Below are positions 28,307-32,000 of a stretch of DNA of 32,000 nucleotides, piece after piece. How positions within the stretch are numbered: position 1 is the stretch's first letter; each line of letters opens with the position of its first letter. Source of the stretch: Vibrio vulnificus CMCP6 (lineage in GTDB: Bacteria > Pseudomonadota > Gammaproteobacteria > Enterobacterales > Vibrionaceae); contig NC_004460.2 of the NCBI RefSeq assembly GCF_000039765.1, positions 240,001-272,000 of the forward strand. The letters run 5' to 3'. The notes beneath the pieces are model-generated. The model had not been told where the DNA came from and ran no database searches. It saw only the letters and a program-made list of their open reading frames with translations. Both the position numbers and the translations under genes were made by a program.

Positions 28307-28406
28307 CATTCATACACAGTACAGAATTAGGAACGATTCTGTGCCGATTTGTCATGTATGCGGAAGGGCTCGGACGATTGGGTTTTCTTCCGCATTGGAG
28401 GAAATT

Positions 28407-29429
28407 ATGTCCCTATTCGACACCTCGTCATCTTTAATGTCCAATACTGATCTCATGTATGGCAGTTTTGCGCTGCTAACCATTGCGATGGTTTGCCTCG
28501 ATATTTGGCAAACGCGTGGTGGTGCCATTTCAATGAAGAAAGCGGTGGGCTGGAGCCTATTCTGGTTTTTGCTCGCGTTTCTGTTTGCGGCCACCATCTT
28601 CCATTTCTGGGATTTCTACGCGCCAGACAGCTTGTACACCCACCAAGAAGCAACGACGGCGTTCATTACTGGTTATATGCTCGAAAAATCGTTGAGTGTG
28701 GATAACTTGTTCGTGTTTGCCATCATCTTTGCCCAATACAAAGTCCCCGAGTCACTTAGACCTCGCGCTTTGCTCTGGGGGGTGATTGGCGCGTTAGTGT
28801 TACGTGCCCTGATGATTGCGGTAGGCGCTCAGTTGCTGGCTCAATACCATTGGATTCTTTACTTGTTTGCCGCTTTCCTCATCTGGACAGGGATTCAGCT
28901 CGCACGAGATAAAGAGGAAGAAGAAGAACTAAGTCCAATGCCAGAAAAGCTGATCAGACGCTTTTTCAACGTCACAAACGATTATCATGGCAACGCGGTA
29001 TTCACCCGAGAAAACGGTCAGTGGTGGGCAACCCCGATGTTGATTGTAATCGGAGTGATAGCCGTTATGGATGTGATGTTTGCGCTAGACTCCATTCCCG
29101 CAATTTTTGCGGTCACTCGTGAGCCGTTTTTGGTGTTAGCTGCCAATGTATTTGCGCTGTTGGGCTTACGTTCACTCTATTTTGTACTGCAAGCCATGAT
29201 CGATAAGTTCATCTATTTAAAGCCAGCTTTGGCTGTGATTATGATGTTTATTGGGGTCAAGATGCTGCTGGTAGGCACGGCGTATGAAATTCCGACCATC
29301 TGGTCGCTCTCATTCTTACTTATTGTGATGACAACGGCCGTTGTTGCCTCTGTTATTGCCAACAAAAAGGACATCGAAATGAATGAGAAAAGCCTGAAAA
29401 TATCTAATACAAATAATGCGGATTTATAA
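28407..29429 (+). CDS. alx: TerC-family integral membrane protein (Alx-like)
   Basis: It parallels E. coli Alx (GY.LEKSLSVDN.FV, DSIPAIFAVT..PF.VL..N.FA.LGLR..YF). ATG 28407 is preceded by GGAGGA. The track start at 28245 would run through the riboswitch. Confidence 0.88.
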   Translation: MSLFDTSSSLMSNTDLMYGSFALLTIAMVCLDIWQTRGGAISMKKAVGWSLFWFLLAFLFAATIFHFWDFYAPDSLYTHQEATTAFITGYMLEKSLSVDNLFVFAIIFAQYKVPESLRPRALLWGVIGALVLRALMIAVGAQLLAQYHWILYLFAAFLIWTGIQLARDKEEEEELSPMPEKLIRRFFNVTNDYHGNAVFTRENGQWWATPMLIVIGVIAVMDVMFALDSIPAIFAVTREPFLVLAANVFALLGLRSLYFVLQAMIDKFIYLKPALAVIMMFIGVKMLLVGTAYEIPTIWSLSFLLIVMTTAVVASVIANKKDIEMNEKSLKISNTNNADL

Positions 29430-29703
29430 AGCCACTACCGCCAATGAAAATAAATTATGTAAACAAATTGTGACCCAAGGCCTTGATTGAGCGCTTTAAA
29501 ATGATGAATATGCAGACGAAGTAAGTTAATCTTGCATAAATATTCACCATTGAGTATTGTTTACGATTTTAATTTGTTACGCCATTGTTTCATTAGAAAA
29601 TGTAATCCGAATGTAGAAAAATAGTCATTTTTTGAGCGCAAAAAAAAGCACTAAGATTCAACCATCGAAACGAAGTACGTTGAAAGATTTAAGAGAGGCA
29701 ATC

Positions 29704-29895
29704 ATGGCACAAGCAATGCAAATGAATTCTGTAGCTTTACCAACCTCTATGGATAAGAAAACCTATTCGGTTAACTTCAAAGGATTGATTGCTCACCTAT
29801 TGGACATTCTTTTTGTAGACAACTCGACTCAGAGTAACTACTACGCAGATGAGCTACCAGTGCATCTACAAAAAGACATCGGTATGTACCGCTAA
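29704..29895 (+). CDS. Small protein, 63 aa, with a DUF1127-like C-terminus
   Basis: ATG 29704 is preceded by GAGAGG. The C-terminal ..DELPVHLQKDIGMYR resembles the DUF1127 L..DIG..R tail. A strong terminator follows. Confidence 0.5.
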   Translation: MAQAMQMNSVALPTSMDKKTYSVNFKGLIAHLLDILFVDNSTQSNYYADELPVHLQKDIGMYR

Positions 29896-29912
29896 GTCTA
29901 ATCAAAAGTTGA

Positions 29913-29940
29913 AAGCCGGCATTTATGCCGGCTTTTTGTT
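29913..29940 (+). terminator. Rho-independent terminator
   Basis: AAGCCGGCAT-tt-ATGCCGGCTT is followed by TTTGTTT. Confidence 0.8.
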
Positions 29941-30048
29941 TGCAAAAAATAATGGCATTCATGCTTAATGCTAACGCATCCCGCTCTTACTCGAAATTTC
30001 TCGCTGTGGTAGAGTGAATATTCCTGTTTCTCCCACATCAGTTTTCCT

Positions 30049-30945
30049 ATGTTATCGAATTTGAGGTCAGCGTTTCCCCTTGGCGTCCGCTACATGATTC
30101 TATCGGCTTTGGGCTTCGCTCTAATGTCTGCCAGTGTTAAGTACGTGAGTGTACACGGTATTCCTTTGTTTGAAATTGTTGCGGCCCGTGCTTTGGTTTC
30201 ACTAATCATCAGCTATCTGGATGTCAAACGAAAAGGGATATCGGTTTGGGGGAACAACAAACGCTGGTTGTTTGCTCGCGGTGCAGTCGGAACGCTCGCT
30301 TTGATGTGTGTCTACTATGCCGTAACGGCATTACCTTTGGCGGAAGCGACCATTCTTCAGTACGTACACCCCGTTTTCACTGCGTTACTGGCGGTACTCT
30401 TTTTGAAAGAGCGAGTACAGCCTGCGACCCTTGCGTGTATCACGCTTTGCTTATTAGGGGTTTTCACCATGGTTTACCCAAGCTTTGATGCATCGGGTGT
30501 CGGTGAGTTACCGATGTTGAGTGTGGGTATTGCGCTATTGGGGGCGTTTGGCAGTTCGATTGCCTACGTGATAGTCAGGAAACTGAGCCGCACAGAAGAC
30601 AGCTCTGTGATCATTTTCTATTTTCCTTTAGTCGCACTGCCAGTGTCAGCCATGCTCATTGGTGACGACTTTGTCGTGCCCGATATTACTCTGATTTTGA
30701 TACTGATTTTGGTGGGTATCTTCACTCAAATTGGCCAGTTTGGTCTTACCAAAGCGATGCAAACCCAAACTGCGGGTAATGCCTCTGCTTATTCTTATGT
30801 ACAGATCGTTTTTTCGGCTTTGTTAGGCGTTGTTCTGTTTAATGAGGTTCCCTCAATTTGGACGTTGTTGGGTGGTTCATTGATCGTAACAGGTGCTTTG
30901 ATCAACGTATTTGGACCGAAATCCAAGTGGCTAGCGAATCGCTAG
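30049..30945 (+). CDS. EamA/DMT-superfamily transporter
   Basis: 298 aa with about 10 hydrophobic helices arranged as two EamA-like halves. Confidence 0.8.
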   Translation: MLSNLRSAFPLGVRYMILSALGFALMSASVKYVSVHGIPLFEIVAARALVSLIISYLDVKRKGISVWGNNKRWLFARGAVGTLALMCVYYAVTALPLAEATILQYVHPVFTALLAVLFLKERVQPATLACITLCLLGVFTMVYPSFDASGVGELPMLSVGIALLGAFGSSIAYVIVRKLSRTEDSSVIIFYFPLVALPVSAMLIGDDFVVPDITLILILILVGIFTQIGQFGLTKAMQTQTAGNASAYSYVQIVFSALLGVVLFNEVPSIWTLLGGSLIVTGALINVFGPKSKWLANR

Positions 30946-31132
30946 TTGCTAGAAGCGAAAAGAAGAATGCGTCATCCAGATCTGCCATATTCTAGTATCG
31001 CCTTTTAAACGTGTTGGACTAGGTGGATCTGACTCTCATTGTTCTCCGATAAGAGAATGTTCTTGTCGACTCTTTTAGAGAATGTGCTACTAATTCAGTC
31101 TGTTGCAGCATAGTGAAAGAACAGGGTGGAGA

Positions 31133-32000
31133 ATGATTTCATTACAGGGTCACATAATTGTTAATGAAGCCGACCTAGAGAAGGTGATACAGGCACTGCC
31201 TCTACACATTGAACTCACACGCAAGGAACCGGGCTGCTTAACGTTTAGTGTAAGCCAAGATCCTGTCAATCCTTGCTTGTTTCACGTCGAGGAAACATTC
31301 ACCTGTCAGTTTGCTTTCGATGAGCATCAACGACGCACAGCCATTTCTGCTTGGGCCGAAATTACGCGTTCGGCAAAACGTTGTTATCAAGTGTCTTACC
31401 AAACTCAAGTTACACCAAGGGCACGTCGCTACGACATCATTGGTGCGCCATTCAATCAGCTTGGTTGTTACGTTACCAATCAGAACCCTGTCGAGCAATT
31501 TCGCCAGTTGGATGAAAAAACAGGGCTAGGCTTATCTCAGTGGATAGCAATTCGCAATAATCGCTGGGATGCGGATATCAACGATTGCGGGGATGTTGCT
31601 GCCTCTTCTGATGTGCTCGACATGTTGGCATCCGATAACAAAGAGCAAGCCTTGGCTCTTTATAGCAGCGAGTTACAACAGAGGCTGCTTAAAAGCTATC
31701 AGCAGGGGCGAGTGCCGATTACGATTGGCGGCGATCACTCGATTGCGGTCGGCACGGTGCAGGCCACGCTCAATTTCTATCAACACCAACAAGAGAAGCG
31801 AGTTGCGGTGATCTGGGTTGATGCACACGCAGATTGCAACAACCAGTTGGCGAGTAATCTTCATGGTAAGCCCATCGCGCTGCTGATGAACGAATATCCA
31901 CATAATGGCTGGCAGATCGAAACATCATCTGCCTTGTCGCCCAGCGATGTTTACTTGATTGGTGTAAGGGATTTAATGCCAGCGGAACAACAATTGATGA
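31133..32000 (+). CDS. ABM (antibiotic-biosynthesis-monooxygenase-like) domain fused to an arginase/ureohydrolase-family domain, 3'-truncated by the window edge
   Basis: It is absent from the track because no stop codon falls inside the window. ATG 31133 is preceded by GGTGGAG. My translation gives MISLQGHIIVNEADLEKVIQALPLHIELTRKEPGCLTFSVSQDPVNPCLFHVEETF..FDEH (ABM-like), which continues without a stop into ..RVPITIGGDHSIAVGTV..VAVIWVDAHADCNN..HGKPIA (ureohydrolase metal-binding motifs). Confidence 0.7.
   Translation, partial: MISLQGHIIVNEADLEKVIQALPLHIELTRKEPGCLTFSVSQDPVNPCLFHVEETFTCQFAFDEHQRRTAISAWAEITRSAKRCYQVSYQTQVTPRARRYDIIGAPFNQLGCYVTNQNPVEQFRQLDEKTGLGLSQWIAIRNNRWDADINDCGDVAASSDVLDMLASDNKEQALALYSSELQQRLLKSYQQGRVPITIGGDHSIAVGTVQATLNFYQHQQEKRVAVIWVDAHADCNNQLASNLHGKPIALLMNEYPHNGWQIETSSALSPSDVYLIGVRDLMPAEQQLM

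Noticed and set aside
28245-28406. N-terminal 54-codon extension of the alx ORF as given in the track
   Set aside because: The extension runs through the riboswitch-like leader. Similarity to Alx begins at Met 28407, which has a GGAGGA SD.
31238-31903. Four 72-86-aa track ORFs on both strands near the window end
   Set aside because: All overlap the long open frame from 31133 that carries ABM and ureohydrolase motifs, so I treat them as off-frame artefacts.
1-32000. Search by eye for CRISPR arrays, integron attC/VCR repeats, IS elements, integrases, tRNA or rRNA genes and c-di-GMP (GEMM) riboswitches
   Set aside because: I found no regularly spaced repeats, transposase or integrase ORFs, tRNA-like cloverleaf sequences or GEMM-like conserved elements. 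A computational scan (tRNAscan, Infernal, ISfinder) would be needed to make this negative result firm.

Overview
The window looks like a Vibrionaceae chromosomal segment. Gene content and order resemble the Vibrio cholerae-clade small chromosome: a GH18 chitodextrinase convergent with an orphan glgC, then fhs, gsk and an HD-GYP protein. This placement is recalled from memory and not verified. I can support about 27 protein genes. They cover housekeeping and salvage (glgC, fhs, gsk, acpH, a rhlE-like helicase), signalling (HD-GYP, EAL, MCP, an AraC fragment, a LysR regulator), envelope and transport (a yceJ/yceI-like pair, ycdZ, alx/TerC, EamA, an FNT channel), and a few orphans. I saw no tRNA or rRNA genes, CRISPR arrays, IS or transposase or integrase genes, integron attC (VCR) repeats or prophage genes, so I cannot point to a compact mobile or defence island. 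Several things are missing from the ORF track. There are three short ORFs with strong ribosome-binding sites: a 36-aa lipoprotein, a 39-aa highly acidic peptide in front of an SD-less acpH, and a 30-aa Trp-rich membrane peptide. A yybP-ykoY (Mn2+/alkaline pH) riboswitch-like leader sits ahead of alx. A near-perfect PurR operator lies ahead of fhs, with a second weaker copy elsewhere. Paired LysR-type palindromes lie between a LysR gene and an unusual FNT-channel::CBS-pair fusion. A 3'-truncated CDS at the window end fuses an ABM monooxygenase-like domain to an arginase-family domain. The best candidates for undescribed biology are the FNT::CBS channel with its LysR partner, the ABM::ureohydrolase fusion, the small-ORF/acpH arrangement, the lipoprotein/unknown/HD-GYP gene string, a standalone YbjD-like OLD-family nuclease, and a 210-aa orphan. 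All functional calls rest on motif recognition by eye, because no database search was possible.
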